A stretch of DNA of 64,000 bases from NCBI GenBank assembly GCA_965223265.1, contig OZ244999.1, positions 1,056,001-1,120,000 on the forward strand, in the 5' to 3' direction. Source of the stretch: Planctomycetota bacterium (GTDB lineage Bacteria; Planctomycetota; UBA8108; SXIK01). The translations under genes and the position numbers were made by a program. Shown piece by piece: positions 20,722 through 30,750 of the stretch. The notes under the pieces were generated by a model. That model ran no database searches, had not been told where the DNA came from, and worked only from the letters and a program-made list of their open reading frames with translations. Each line of letters opens with the position of its first letter. Position 1 is the first letter of the stretch.

Positions 20722-21039
20722 TCTCGGCAAAAAAGGCCGCAAGGAAAAGTCCGAAGACGATTCCTTACAGCAATAAGAAAGAGTCCAACTCGTCTCAGTC
20801 TGCCAGAACTGAAAGCAGTCAGATAAGGACATCTTCTGGCACAGTTGCCCAAGCTCTTTCATGCCCGAAAGTTTGAAGAGAAAGTACTTTCGGGTTTGAA
20901 GTTAAAAGAAGTGAAGAGAACACAAACCGCACCACTTCAGAGGAGTTGAAGTAAAGGTAGGGTTCAATTCAAGACAGCTTTAACACCGTTGAAGTTGAGT
21001 CGTCAACAGCTATCTCGCTTTGCGTGTGCTACTCGCTGG

Positions 21040-22599
21040 TTAGGCCGCTGTCGCCTTCTCTTCCGCTGACAGCAGTGGAAGCACATGCCGCCTAAGGACG
21101 CTTCGCTGTATCGATATCGCTGCTGGATTCGTCTTCTCTCGAAAGGAAAGCTCCCGGCTTGACGCGTTCTTCCATGCAGTCTCTACGACCTGGCGGCGGT
21201 GTTCGTCAGCGAGCTCCGCAAGATAAGCGGTGACCAATGCGTCTTCCTCTTGGTGGTTCTGCTCGACCGGAGTGTCTTCTTGCCCGGAATCTACCACCTC
21301 GGACTGAGTTGGACTCGTTTGTGTACCGACACGCGTGTCTTGCGCTGCGTACCACTCCACGAACTCCGCTTCGAGGTTGTACCTATTTGGGTGGTGCAGT
21401 GTGTGCGCCAGGAACTTCTTTGGCTTCGGCCCGGCCTTCCCTCTCTCGTCCTTCCACTTTGTGTACGCAATGCGCTCACGAATCAATGCCTCTGGCTTGT
21501 TCTTGAGAAACCACTTGGCGTCTTTTTCTTCGAACCCAAACGCCAGCAGCTGCGAAAGTAGGTCCTCTGGCTTGCTCAAAATCAGTTCACCACTCAACAC
21601 TCGGTGTGCAACTGCTTCGGAATTAGCGGCACTCCTCGTTTCTCGGTGCACCTTATTCTCGGGTGGCTGCACTTTGTAAGCGTCGCCTCGCTTTTTACCC
21701 CCTCCCTTCGGACTTTTACCTGACACCAAGACAATCTCTGGCTCGCCACCAAGCGGTGTTGGATACCGTTCCTCTTTCAGCTGTTTTGTAAGGAAATCGT
21801 GTCGCTCAAGTTCTGTTAGGCCTGGCGTGAGTCGTTCTATGAGCTTACTTGGTGCTGTGTACTTTTTGTCGATACCAATTTTCTCGTGAGCAAACACCTT
21901 GAGCGGAATTCGGTGAGAGCGTTTCTTCCAAAAATGCTTGCCAAGGTAACGTTGCGCAACCTTTGCTGTCGGGGTTTTCAGCGACAGATACAGTTCGTAG
22001 TCGAGGCCGCGGAGGTGTCCGGCACCAAAGCTCTTAAACACCACCTCATTCCAATCAACAAAGGAGTATCCGTTTTCTTGTTGGCTCTGGCTCTTCGCTG
22101 CGCCTTTTCCCGGGGCGCTTACCCTATCAAAGACGGAAAATGTTTCATTGCGCCACTCTTTTGAATCGTTGTCGAACCAGGCATTCTCAAACTTGAGGCT
22201 GAGAGCGGCCCATTTGTCTATTTCAAAGCGTAGACGACGGTAGTCGTCCTTACTGTGACCCCACCGCAAAAACTTAAGCAGCCGATATTGGGTGAAGAGA
22301 ACTCTCCGGTTCTCAAAGTTGCACGCACGACTCAACTGAAGAAATCCGACGAGCACGTCATTGCTCGTTGGTGTGGGGAGGCCATATTTGGGCGGAGCCG
22401 TGACTGTGAGCTTACGCGGAATGTGTAACCCTGTGTTCTCGTCGAAAAACGTGTCTTCCCGAACGAGCTCAAAGCAATCCTTTGGTGCGTAGTGTTGCAA
22501 GATTGACAGCGGAAACTCAACAAAGTTGAGCTCGTCTTTCCCCTTCTTCAAATCAGTCAGAAGAGGAAACTCCAATATCTTGCCCTGGTCGTCTTCCAT
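21040..22599 (-). CDS. repA: Plasmid replication initiator protein A
   Basis: GKDELNFVEFPLS, YGLPT, WFDN..KEW, YLGKHFW; iterons immediately upstream. Confidence 0.85.
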   Translation of the reverse strand: MEDDQGKILEFPLLTDLKKGKDELNFVEFPLSILQHYAPKDCFELVREDTFFDENTGLHIPRKLTVTAPPKYGLPTPTSNDVLVGFLQLSRACNFENRRVLFTQYRLLKFLRWGHSKDDYRRLRFEIDKWAALSLKFENAWFDNDSKEWRNETFSVFDRVSAPGKGAAKSQSQQENGYSFVDWNEVVFKSFGAGHLRGLDYELYLSLKTPTAKVAQRYLGKHFWKKRSHRIPLKVFAHEKIGIDKKYTAPSKLIERLTPGLTELERHDFLTKQLKEERYPTPLGGEPEIVLVSGKSPKGGGKKRGDAYKVQPPENKVHRETRSAANSEAVAHRVLSGELILSKPEDLLSQLLAFGFEEKDAKWFLKNKPEALIRERIAYTKWKDERGKAGPKPKKFLAHTLHHPNRYNLEAEFVEWYAAQDTRVGTQTSPTQSEVVDSGQEDTPVEQNHQEEDALVTAYLAELADEHRRQVVETAWKNASSRELSFREKTNPAAISIQRSVLRRHVLPLLSAEEKATAA

Positions 22600-22663
22600 G
22601 TTGAGAGCCTGCTTCAATTGACTTAAACCATTGCATGCGAAAGTTCACCTCACAATCCCCAAT

Positions 22664-22820
22664 TACCGTGCCTGAACGGAAGAATACCGTCGGCGAACGG
22701 AAGCTTCCGTCAAGTACCGTGTCTGAACGGAAAAAGTACCGTGTCTGAGCGGAAGATTTACCGTGTTTGAACGGAGGCACTACCGTGTCTGAGCGGAAGA
22801 TTGACCGTGTTTGAACGGAA
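22664..22820. repeat. Iteron array (7 copies of ~TACCGTGTCTGAACGGAA; last five at 22-bp spacing), probable oriV
   Basis: Copies start at 22664, 22685, 22715, 22737, 22759, 22781 and 22803; AT-rich AGAC repeats at ~22866-22905. Confidence 0.9.
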
Positions 22821-23369
22821 GCAAATCGTTGCAGCTTCGCGATATAACTCACAAATCTGGCCCCTAAGACAGAGACTATATATAGACTAAAAGACAGATA
22901 GACAGGGCCGTCTGTTGTTTCTCCTTTATGTTTGTTTTCTGTAATCCAATCTGTGGGTTCTTAGCCAATCAGAACGGGCGTGTAGTTGCTGAAGACCTTC
23001 CGCTCAAGGACGGTACTCAATGCATTCCCAAAGCTGTCATTGCCAAGAGACCAGTCATTACGTCCCCGCACCCGGTTTCCCGAAGGGAAGCTTTCCAAGT
23101 GGAAAGACGTATCGCGAGAAGCAGTCAGGCCAAGTGGCCGTTACCTTCCTCGAGCAAAATCTGCAAAAGCGACGTTCCCCACCCTTTCACTCAAATCCAA
23201 AACGGCGTTAGCGGAGCTCGAGATTTTCGCGACACCGATTCGTTCGTTACCACTTCGCAGTGGCCGACTGACTTTCACTTTTCTCTTCGCTACGCGCGCC
23301 ACGCGCGCTCTGTTTTGAAACGAAGCCCGCGGCAGCACCTTAGAAACGCCTCGCGCGGTCAAAAAGTTC

Positions 23370-23600
23370 TGATAGCTTGATAGCAAGCTTGCAACCTTGC
23401 AAGTGAGCGTGAACGCTTTCTTTCACACTTGAAAGCGAGCTTGTACGCACTCACGCGAATTTCGCTACGGCTCATCGCGGCAGTTCTGCACGCATGAAAG
23501 CAAGCGTAGTAGCTATCAAGTAAGCTTGCACGCTATCACGCAAGCTAAAAAGCTACCTTGCGAGATTGCACGCTCTCTGCCAAGCTTTCAAGCAAGGGTT
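23370..23600. repeat. Degenerate GCAAGC/AGCT short repeats upstream of parA (centromere-like parS)
   Basis: gatagcttgatagcaagcttgcaaccttgcaag...agctatcaagtaagcttgcacgctatcacgcaagc. Confidence 0.55.
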
Positions 23601-23606
23601 AGGACC

Positions 23607-24248
23607 ATGATAATTGGCTTTGTAATGAGAAAGGGTGGTGTCGGGAAGAGCACACTCGCTACACACGCCACAGTCTACCTTCATGACCGCGGTGAACCGG
23701 TAGCTCACATTGACGCTGACGCAAGCCTTGACTCAAGCAAGTGGCTAAAGCGCATGGAAGTCGACATTCCCGTGTACGGTTCTCACAGCGTTGACGAGAT
23801 TGTTGCGCTTGCTCGCGAGCTCGATAGCAAATTTGACTACGTGATTCTCGACGCCCCAGGTTCAAACGACGAAGCAGCGCGAACACTTCTTTGTGTGTGC
23901 CACGTTGCAGTCATGCCGTGTGGTCCTTCGTATCTCGACATGGACTCACTGGAAGAAACTCTTGCACTTGTTAAAACTGCTCGCGCACTTCGTGACGGAA
24001 CATTGCCGCACGTCTTTTTTGTTGGCAACCAAACAAAGAAACGCCAGACACTAAGCAAAGAACTGGTTGAGTTGATTGACAACAAAGGAATACCTCGAGC
24101 AAAGCATACTGTGAGAGAGCTTACAGCGATTGAAGACGCTCCCGGGCAGGACACAGTGGTTACACGAGAGAAGAAGCGCGCAGCAAAAAACGATATCAAC
24201 GCAGTAATGGAGGAGATACTTGCCTATGCCAAAGAGAAAGCCGCTTAA
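23607..24248 (+). CDS. parA: ParA partition ATPase (short, type Ib)
   Basis: RKGGVGKST, IDAD, DYVILDAPG. Confidence 0.92.
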   Translation: MIIGFVMRKGGVGKSTLATHATVYLHDRGEPVAHIDADASLDSSKWLKRMEVDIPVYGSHSVDEIVALARELDSKFDYVILDAPGSNDEAARTLLCVCHVAVMPCGPSYLDMDSLEETLALVKTARALRDGTLPHVFFVGNQTKKRQTLSKELVELIDNKGIPRAKHTVRELTAIEDAPGQDTVVTREKKRAAKNDINAVMEEILAYAKEKAA

Positions 24249-25128
24249 CGAGCGGTTTACCGAGAAGGAAGAAGTCGAAACGGAAACGAAACCCAGTGCT
24301 TCCGAGGCCGAGTCAGGGGGCTTGACGCCCGAGCAAAAGGTTTTCGCAAAGACTGGGAAAGTTGTTCCCATATCGAAGAAGAAAGCAAAGCAAAAGAACA
24401 AGGCCGATTCGAAAGACGAGCGAAAAGATAACGACGGGGACGCTGGCGAACACAAAGACACCGGGAAAGAAGAGGGCAAACAATCAGGCTCTGAAGAAAG
24501 GAAGAAGCAAGACCCAGACGAGCAAGAAGGTGCGGGACGAAAGGACTCTCAACAAAAAAACTCACCGAAGAACGGCACAAAGAAAGAGAACGGCGACCCA
24601 GAACCAAAAGAGACCGTTCCGCTTTACCCTGTTCGACCTGCCGACAGTGTTCGCGAGCAATTCCAAGTTCGCGTTCCGCCGTCTCACCACAGGCGGCTTG
24701 GTCATGCAGCGTATGTGAACGCGAAAATCAAAAAGGTTGAGCCCGGCAACCAGTGGAAGATTATGGACGAGGCCGTTTGTGACTGGTTAAACGAGCGCGG
24801 ATACACCGAAGTAGAAGTGTTCGGTGAAGAACAAGCTGTTTCTCCGAAAGAACTTCGCATATCGGAGCCCGCACCAGCACTAAAGCTCCCTTGGCCAGAG
24901 GGGACCGAGAGAAAAGGCGCGAACCACAGCATACGCCTTAATGTCATTAAGCGAGTTCACCATGCCATGCACGCGCAAAAGAACGTGCTCGCTGTCGAAC
25001 CGAATACAGAGCAGGACATTGCAACAGAAGCGCTTGACGAGTGGTTTGAACGAAACGGGTTTTCTGAAGAGCACGTCTTTGAGCCTGTCGAAGTGACTGA
25101 AGCGCCGCCGCAGGTAGGCAACGCTTAA
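24226..25128 (+). CDS. Partition adaptor: disordered N-terminus + two RHH-like repeats
   Basis: Overlaps the parA end; duplicated motif VEPGNQWKIMDEAVCDWLNERGY / VEPNTEQDIATEALDEWFERNGF. Confidence 0.7.
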   Translation: MPKRKPLNERFTEKEEVETETKPSASEAESGGLTPEQKVFAKTGKVVPISKKKAKQKNKADSKDERKDNDGDAGEHKDTGKEEGKQSGSEERKKQDPDEQEGAGRKDSQQKNSPKNGTKKENGDPEPKETVPLYPVRPADSVREQFQVRVPPSHHRRLGHAAYVNAKIKKVEPGNQWKIMDEAVCDWLNERGYTEVEVFGEEQAVSPKELRISEPAPALKLPWPEGTERKGANHSIRLNVIKRVHHAMHAQKNVLAVEPNTEQDIATEALDEWFERNGFSEEHVFEPVEVTEAPPQVGNA

Positions 25129-25363
25129 CCGAGCGCACTGCGGTATACCGTGGCTGCTACTTCGAGCAGAAACACGGCAGCCACCCCGAATCGGATTGTT
25201 GCAACAACAAGACGTGCAATCATGAGCGGTGTTCGAGCGGGCCCGCCGAAAGTTTCCGCTTTTTGTGGGGTAGCGAGAGGAAATCGCCCTGGTAACAGTG
25301 CGCTCTCGAACGATAATTCGGTTCGTCGTTGGTTAGAAAAACTGACTGTGATATCGTCGGCCA

Positions 25364-26350
25364 ATGAGTCGGCGAATCGAAAATAACATAGGGGTCAAAC
25401 CAGACCCTTGCCTGGAACAGGACTTCATTCCAGAAGACTTGGCACTAAGCATTTTGCTTCCTCGAAATCGTCACGAGTCAATGGTAGCGCTTCTCCCTCA
25501 GCTTGAGGACAAGGACACCGCTAAGATTTCGCGAACGCTAATTGAGCTCGGAAATTTCCCGGAAGGGCATTCAGCTCTTGAAGTGAATCTCATTGCCGAC
25601 AAGCTTGACGATTCTGACCCTTTCATACGTCGGTGCGCTGCTCGCGCTATTGGAAAGATTGCAAACGAGCATTGTGTTGAACCGCTTCGGGCTGCCTTGC
25701 AACACTCTGACCCAGAAGTTGGTGCGGCAGCATTAGAGGGGCTAAAGAACGAGCCTCACCCCAGATTTGTTGCAGTCTTAATTGAGGCCTTAGCCGACGA
25801 CCGCGTCTCTCAAGGCGTATCCCTTGCGCCAATCCATTACGAGCTGGTAGACGACGAACTCACACGTCAAATCGAAGACCTTGCTCAACATGAACACCCA
25901 GCCGTTAAGCGAGGGGCAGAATTTGCGCTCTCTGCAATTTACGAACGCCCCATGGAGCCTGAACCAGGAGAGTTCGAACGGTTAACGCAGGAGCTTAAAG
26001 ACTCAGACCCCGCGGTTCGTGGAAACGCGGCCTCGGAGCTTGGGACCTACATGATTGACGCTTCTCTTGAACCTCTTGAGAAAGCTTTAAAAGACAGCGA
26101 CCCGGAAGTGCGTCGTGCCGCCGCTGCTGGATTCGGTGCAGAAAACCCACGCTTTCTTCCAATGCTAATAGAGGCGCTCGCTGATACCAGCTCAGAGGTG
26201 GTTGCAGCTGTCCGTTTCAGTCTTTTAGGATTTCGCTACGAGTCCTACGACGACAAGGTACGGGCTCAAATCGCAGAGCTCACACGACACCGCCACCCAA
26301 GCGTTCGAGAATACGCGAAAGGGATTCTTTCCAAAGCAGAACAGAGCTAA
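25364..26350 (+). CDS. HEAT-repeat protein
   Basis: Repeated L.DSDP.VR..AA..LG motifs. Confidence 0.85.
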   Translation: MSRRIENNIGVKPDPCLEQDFIPEDLALSILLPRNRHESMVALLPQLEDKDTAKISRTLIELGNFPEGHSALEVNLIADKLDDSDPFIRRCAARAIGKIANEHCVEPLRAALQHSDPEVGAAALEGLKNEPHPRFVAVLIEALADDRVSQGVSLAPIHYELVDDELTRQIEDLAQHEHPAVKRGAEFALSAIYERPMEPEPGEFERLTQELKDSDPAVRGNAASELGTYMIDASLEPLEKALKDSDPEVRRAAAAGFGAENPRFLPMLIEALADTSSEVVAAVRFSLLGFRYESYDDKVRAQIAELTRHRHPSVREYAKGILSKAEQS

Positions 26351-26389
26351 AGCCCCTGCCAAAAACGGCTTACGGGTTTCTCGAATTCC

Positions 26390-26416
26390 TGTCAGGTTTC
26401 GCGCTTTCGTTGCGGC
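26390..26416 (+). promoter_or_regulatory. Putative ECF promoter, copy 1 (TGTCAGG-N14-TGCGGC)
   Basis: Ends 17 nt upstream of the sigma-like gene; same bipartite motif at 27811. Confidence 0.55.
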
Positions 26417-26433
26417 ATATACTGTTAGCCGCC

Positions 26434-27708
26434 ATGACTCAAACCGCGCCCTGTCCAGAACCGTTTTTCGAGAAGTGGAGCGACACAGCGCTCGTGTTCG
26501 TTGACAGAGCTGTGCGGCGGAGAGCACCGCGTCGCTCACCCCTAAGAAACCAGCTCGAGCCAGAAAAGAACTCGCTTTCGTTTTTCGCCGTAAGGGCCCT
26601 CTGGGTGCGGTCGCAGTCAGAGCCAATCAACGACGAGGAGGCTCTCCTTGCAAGAATTGTCTTCAACTTAGTTGACAGTGAGGCGAGACGCATTCTTTCG
26701 AAGAAACAAGAAGTTCTTAACGACGCGGAGGCCTTTGACAGAGTTCCACCTCCTCTCTCTCCACCCACACAGCTAACCGAACACGCTGAACGAATTCGGT
26801 ATGAACAGCTCTTCGAACTTCTACAGCGTCTTGGAGTTCCAAGAGAGGACCGTGAAATGCTGCAGCAGTTGACACAAGGTGGTCAGGATAGACGAGAGGT
26901 AGCTGCGCGGCTCGATATCAAGCCAAACGCAGTCGACCAGAAAATCCGGCGTCTCAAGCAACGTCTATCAAAAAGCGACATACTCGACAAGCTGTTGCTC
27001 ATTCCACTTCCTGTTTCCGTGTTCGTGTTTATTGGTCTTGACCAGGCGGAGGCTCGCTCAGCACTGCAAGCCCCTCCGCGAATCCCGCTCCACAAGCGAA
27101 TCGTGTCCCGCGTGTCCACAAGACGTCGAGCTCTTTTTCTTTACAAAGAAGGAGCCACCATAGGAGCCAAGATACGTTCCGTTGACGATATGTTTGCTAA
27201 GTTTCTTGACCAAAAACCGAACCCCAATGTTAACGACGTAATGGGATTCTCGCTCGAACACTTTTCTCCACTTTCCGACCGGCGTGAAGAGATAGAAAAA
27301 CAGTTGATTGCTCTTGGTGCACCGCACGGGCTAACGCACTCGCAAACGATAAAGTGCGCAAGGGACCTTCTTGTGTGGGAGTTATCCGCTATCAAGACGA
27401 ACAACTCCAGGTACTGCGCAAACGTTCGAAAGAACAACCTGAAATTTCGTTTTCAGGAAATAGAGCCAGTCATCTTGCGAGCTGAAAAAGAACTCCCTGA
27501 ATTCCAACTGGGACGAAACCAATACTGGCTGAGTAGAGAACCAGATACCAAGGTGGCAGTCGCCCGAGTGAAGTATGTCAGTAGTGCCAAGCCTTACTTC
27601 AGTACCCTCGACCGCCTTAGGACCCCTACTGTAGAATCTGTCTTCGATACTTCAATCCCTTGGGTCTACCGCCGAGGCCAGTTGTTCTCGTCCGAGCACG
27701 CAAAGTAG
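26434..27708 (+). CDS. Divergent ECF-like sigma factor with hydrophobic segment and C-terminal extension
   Basis: ALLARIVFNLVDSEARR (sigma2-like), DREMLQQLTQGGQDRREVAARLDIKPNAVDQKIRRLKQRL (sigma4 HTH), LLLIPLPVSVFVFIGL. Confidence 0.65.
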   Translation: MTQTAPCPEPFFEKWSDTALVFVDRAVRRRAPRRSPLRNQLEPEKNSLSFFAVRALWVRSQSEPINDEEALLARIVFNLVDSEARRILSKKQEVLNDAEAFDRVPPPLSPPTQLTEHAERIRYEQLFELLQRLGVPREDREMLQQLTQGGQDRREVAARLDIKPNAVDQKIRRLKQRLSKSDILDKLLLIPLPVSVFVFIGLDQAEARSALQAPPRIPLHKRIVSRVSTRRRALFLYKEGATIGAKIRSVDDMFAKFLDQKPNPNVNDVMGFSLEHFSPLSDRREEIEKQLIALGAPHGLTHSQTIKCARDLLVWELSAIKTNNSRYCANVRKNNLKFRFQEIEPVILRAEKELPEFQLGRNQYWLSREPDTKVAVARVKYVSSAKPYFSTLDRLRTPTVESVFDTSIPWVYRRGQLFSSEHAK

Positions 27709-27810
27709 TCTCAACACCACGGCACAGCTTTCCACCTTCCGCGCGTAACCTTCTAACGCGCTGCCTACCCACCGCTCCTCACTCCCCCCCAACAAGAGTC
27801 TCCATTTTTT

Positions 27811-27837
27811 TGTCAGGATTTCCGTTTCTCCTGCGGC
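27811..27837 (+). promoter_or_regulatory. Putative ECF promoter, copy 2 (TGTCAGG-N14-TGCGGC)
   Basis: Upstream of the long + strand operon 27942-39242. Confidence 0.55.
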
Positions 27838-27941
27838 CACGTTCATTGAGCCAGACTGGTTAACCGGTCGACTCGGTGGTGGTCGTCAGTGTGGCGCCAC
27901 CCTTCTATATCCGGCCGTTTGAGAAGCGGAGTTCGAAGGCC

Positions 27942-28160
27942 ATGTTCGCTGAGCTCGCACTCGCCGCGTCAACTGGGACCTACCTCGTTGGGTCGCTCTT
28001 CTCAGAACGCACCATGCGCAAGTGGTACCTCGGTGGCGCCACGTGCTCATGCGCAGCGTTTCTTGACCAGCAACTTGTTGCCGGTGCCGCAGGTGCCGCG
28101 CTCTTCATCGCGATTCATTCCGTCAAACTTTTCCGTCTGAGAAAGGCGCCCGCGGAATGA
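27942..28160 (+). CDS. Small membrane protein
   Basis: Hydrophobic ORF with ATGA overlap to the next gene. Confidence 0.55.
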   Translation: MFAELALAASTGTYLVGSLFSERTMRKWYLGGATCSCAAFLDQQLVAGAAGAALFIAIHSVKLFRLRKAPAE

Positions 28161-28723
28161 AACCCGTTGACCACATACGGCGGAAAGGCGATTGGCTATC
28201 GCACGACCAACTGCTCGAGCTCGAGTTCACCGACTACCGCCTTGCAAAGGACGTGGAAGCGGGCCACCTGGTGCGAACCAGAATCTCTGTGTGTCGTGCA
28301 AAGCCGACCGTTCCCGTTTTCGATTCTTCTAAGACGCCGCTTGGCACTGACGGAATCGCTCCGGCCGCACTCGAGCGCGCCTTGCGTTCACGAAACGAGG
28401 GGGAGCCCAAACCAGTGTGGGCTTATCACAGAAAAGGCCACCGCATAGACCTGGCCCAAGCCACACATGCGGCCCAACTCGGAGACGTCTACGTCCGCAC
28501 CGTACTCGAGCGCCCGGAGCTCACTTGGTTTTCAGACCGTGAGTGGCCGCGCTTCCTCGGTGTCAAACCCCGCGGTCACGTGCTTCCAGACGCAGTGCTC
28601 CTTGACAGTAACCGTCAGCCCGTCACGTTCGTTGATGCGGTGACGAGCTCGTACAGAACAGACAGATTATCCGCGCTCGCTTCGTATGCGAGTGACATGA
28701 ACTCAGACATTCAACTCTGGTAA
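28157..28723 (+). CDS. Replication-relaxation-like / PD-(D/E)xK protein
   Basis: QATHAAQLGDVY...VLPDAVL...FVDAVTSSYRTDRL. Confidence 0.55.
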   Translation: MKPVDHIRRKGDWLSHDQLLELEFTDYRLAKDVEAGHLVRTRISVCRAKPTVPVFDSSKTPLGTDGIAPAALERALRSRNEGEPKPVWAYHRKGHRIDLAQATHAAQLGDVYVRTVLERPELTWFSDREWPRFLGVKPRGHVLPDAVLLDSNRQPVTFVDAVTSSYRTDRLSALASYASDMNSDIQLW

Positions 28724-28861
28724 TGGAGGATTTTTCGTTGCGCTCAATTTGCTGAGTGCTTTGTGCCTGTCTCCGGCCTGACATTGGGGACAAAACGGCG
28801 CAAGGATATCCCGCCTTCGAAGACCGGTTTCAACAAACTTTGTTAACCGAAGGAGGGAATC

Positions 28862-29020
28862 ATGCACAACACTAAAACACTTCTATCTTTGCCCGGTCAA
28901 GGTGTCGTCAAGCTTGACGACTCGAATCCTTGGCTCGTGCACTCGGTCACAGGTTTCACCTGGGGCCAGCTTATCGTGTCAAACTTGTGCACTTGCGTCG
29001 TCGTTGCCGTTCTCTTTTGA
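28862..29020 (+). CDS. Small protein with C-terminal hydrophobic helix (52 aa)
   Basis: GGAGG RBS; MHNTKTLLSLPGQG...LIVSNLCTCVVVAVLF. Confidence 0.5.
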   Translation: MHNTKTLLSLPGQGVVKLDDSNPWLVHSVTGFTWGQLIVSNLCTCVVVAVLF

Positions 29021-29039
29021 GAGCGGTGTCTTTTGCTTC

Positions 29040-29080
29040 AGGCCGGATTCTTCTTCACAGAGGAACCGGCCTCTTTTTTT
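29040..29080 (+). terminator. Intrinsic terminator inside operon
   Basis: AGGCCGG..CCGGCCT hairpin + CTTTTTTT. Confidence 0.6.
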
Positions 29081-29169
29081 GGCCGCGCCGGTCTCTTTCA
29101 AACGTCGCTTGCTGTTGCGGCTCTGGATTCGCCAGGTCGCAATTCGAAGCGAAACGAAGGAGGAGGCTT

Positions 29170-29358
29170 ATGGAAAGGAATCGAAAGCAGGAACTGTCAT
29201 ATGAGGACGCGCTACCGGTCGCAAGAACAGTCGTTGAGGCGTGCAAGCCAGACGAGCTCGTTGAGCTTGCTGTCGCGCTCGTGGTTGACGACCTGTTGCG
29301 ACACAACCCGCCAATCAAACACAGGCGCCCGCGTAGACCTCTTTCCCTGGTGCGGTGA
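29170..29358 (+). CDS. Small hypothetical protein
   Basis: AGGAGG RBS; MERNRKQELSYEDALPV. Confidence 0.6.
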   Translation: MERNRKQELSYEDALPVARTVVEACKPDELVELAVALVVDDLLRHNPPIKHRRPRRPLSLVR

Positions 29359-29368
29359 CTTTGTTGTT

Positions 29369-29404
29369 GGTCGTGGGTCCTTCGGGACTCACGGCCTTTT
29401 TTTT
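29369..29404 (+). terminator. Intrinsic terminator inside operon
   Basis: GGTCGTGGGTCC-TTCG-GGACTCACGGCC + T run. Confidence 0.7.
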
Positions 29405-29487
29405 CGCTGTGCGGTTCTCCGAATGTCGGCTCTGGCCTCTGCTCATTCGGAGTGGAGATTTGAACCTTCAACATAAGGAGACACGTC

Positions 29488-29811
29488 ATGAACGTAATCA
29501 CGCTCGACGGTAACGTCGTTGACCCAGGAACACTTAAAGAGCTCGCTGAAAGCCAGCGCGTTCGAGTGATTCGAATTGCGCACAACCGTGGCAAGGACAA
29601 GCCCGCGCTGTTTCTCGACTGTGAGGTCTGGAACGGCTGGGCTGAAAATTTCCGCGGTGAGAAAGGCGACCCCGTAGTCGTCTCTGGTGAGCTCCGCCAG
29701 GACTCTTGGGAAGACAAGGACGGTAAGTCGCAACAGAAGACTTACGTCCGTGCTCGTGAGGTGAAGCTTCTGGCGAGAAAGCCAGCTGAAGCAGAACCTG
29801 CCGCGCAGTGA
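29488..29811 (+). CDS. ssb: Second, short single-stranded DNA-binding protein
   Basis: MNVITLDGNVVDP...FLDCEVW...KGDPVVVSGELRQDSWEDKDG. Confidence 0.85.
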   Translation: MNVITLDGNVVDPGTLKELAESQRVRVIRIAHNRGKDKPALFLDCEVWNGWAENFRGEKGDPVVVSGELRQDSWEDKDGKSQQKTYVRAREVKLLARKPAEAEPAAQ

Positions 29812-30051
29812 ATCTCTACGAGGTGGTTGCCTCAAAAAATGGCGTAAGCCCACCTCAATCTTGCTCGGTCTCTCTTCGGAGAGGCCGGGCACTTTTCTCC
29901 CGAGTCTGGCTGTCGGGAAGTGAACAGCCAACCGATTGGTGCCGCGGCAAACCGGCACTTCCAAACTTCTTTTCTGCTGTGCCTCTGACCTTCGGGTTGC
30001 GGACTGAGCGAAATTCGTTCGCTCACGCTTCAACTCGAATAGGAGGAAATC

Positions 30052-30750
30052 ATGTCGTATCTCTACCCAAATCCAAGCATGGTGGCGTTTTGGCTTTCAG
30101 CCAATCGGTATTCAGGGTTTCTGGCGAGTAACAAGACGACAATTCTGTCTGTCGACTTCCCGCCAGTTGTCTCATGTCCGGTGGCTTGTACTTACTGTTA
30201 CGCAAGGCGCGGTCGGCAGGCCATGGCTCGAGCGGTTGAGCTTCAAGCTGAACGCTACCAGCGGTACCGCGAGAACCCCGAAGGCTATGCCGCGGAGCTT
30301 GCCGAAATCCTTCGGCGCTTTGAGCTCTGCTTTGGTCTGGCCGTGGGTTCAGAGCGCTTTCCGCTTCGGCTCTTTGGTGCCGGAGACTGCGGCAACGTGA
30401 AAACGTTTCGCAGGTTCCATGCAGCGCTCGTGCGCTGTGGTATTTCGAGCTACGGGTACAGCCGTTACCTCGGGATTCCCGGTGACCTCTGGTACTCAGC
30501 GGATTCGAACACGTCACCGACTCTTATCGCGCGAGCAAAACGAGAAGGAAGACGTGTCGCGTTTGTTCGAATGCCAGACGACCTGGTGCCCGACGACGCC
30601 ACTCTGGTGTTCCCAGAGCACCGACTGGCAAAGCGCGTTCCTGTCGACGGGCGCGATTGCCCAAAGATTCGGAATCCGCATGAGCCAGGAGTTTGCTACG
30701 AGTGCAAGCGTTGCTTCTCTCGAGAGCAGGCAGTGACCGTTGCGGCATGA
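30052..30750 (+). CDS. GP88-like radical-SAM-type protein
   Basis: SCPVACTYCYA (CxxxCxxC), RLFGAGD, C-terminal CPK...CYECKRC. Confidence 0.6.
   Translation: MSYLYPNPSMVAFWLSANRYSGFLASNKTTILSVDFPPVVSCPVACTYCYARRGRQAMARAVELQAERYQRYRENPEGYAAELAEILRRFELCFGLAVGSERFPLRLFGAGDCGNVKTFRRFHAALVRCGISSYGYSRYLGIPGDLWYSADSNTSPTLIARAKREGRRVAFVRMPDDLVPDDATLVFPEHRLAKRVPVDGRDCPKIRNPHEPGVCYECKRCFSREQAVTVAA

Noticed and set aside
22664-22820. Repeat array as CRISPR
   Set aside because: Spacers mostly 3-4 nt, no cas genes, adjacent to repA; iterons fit better.
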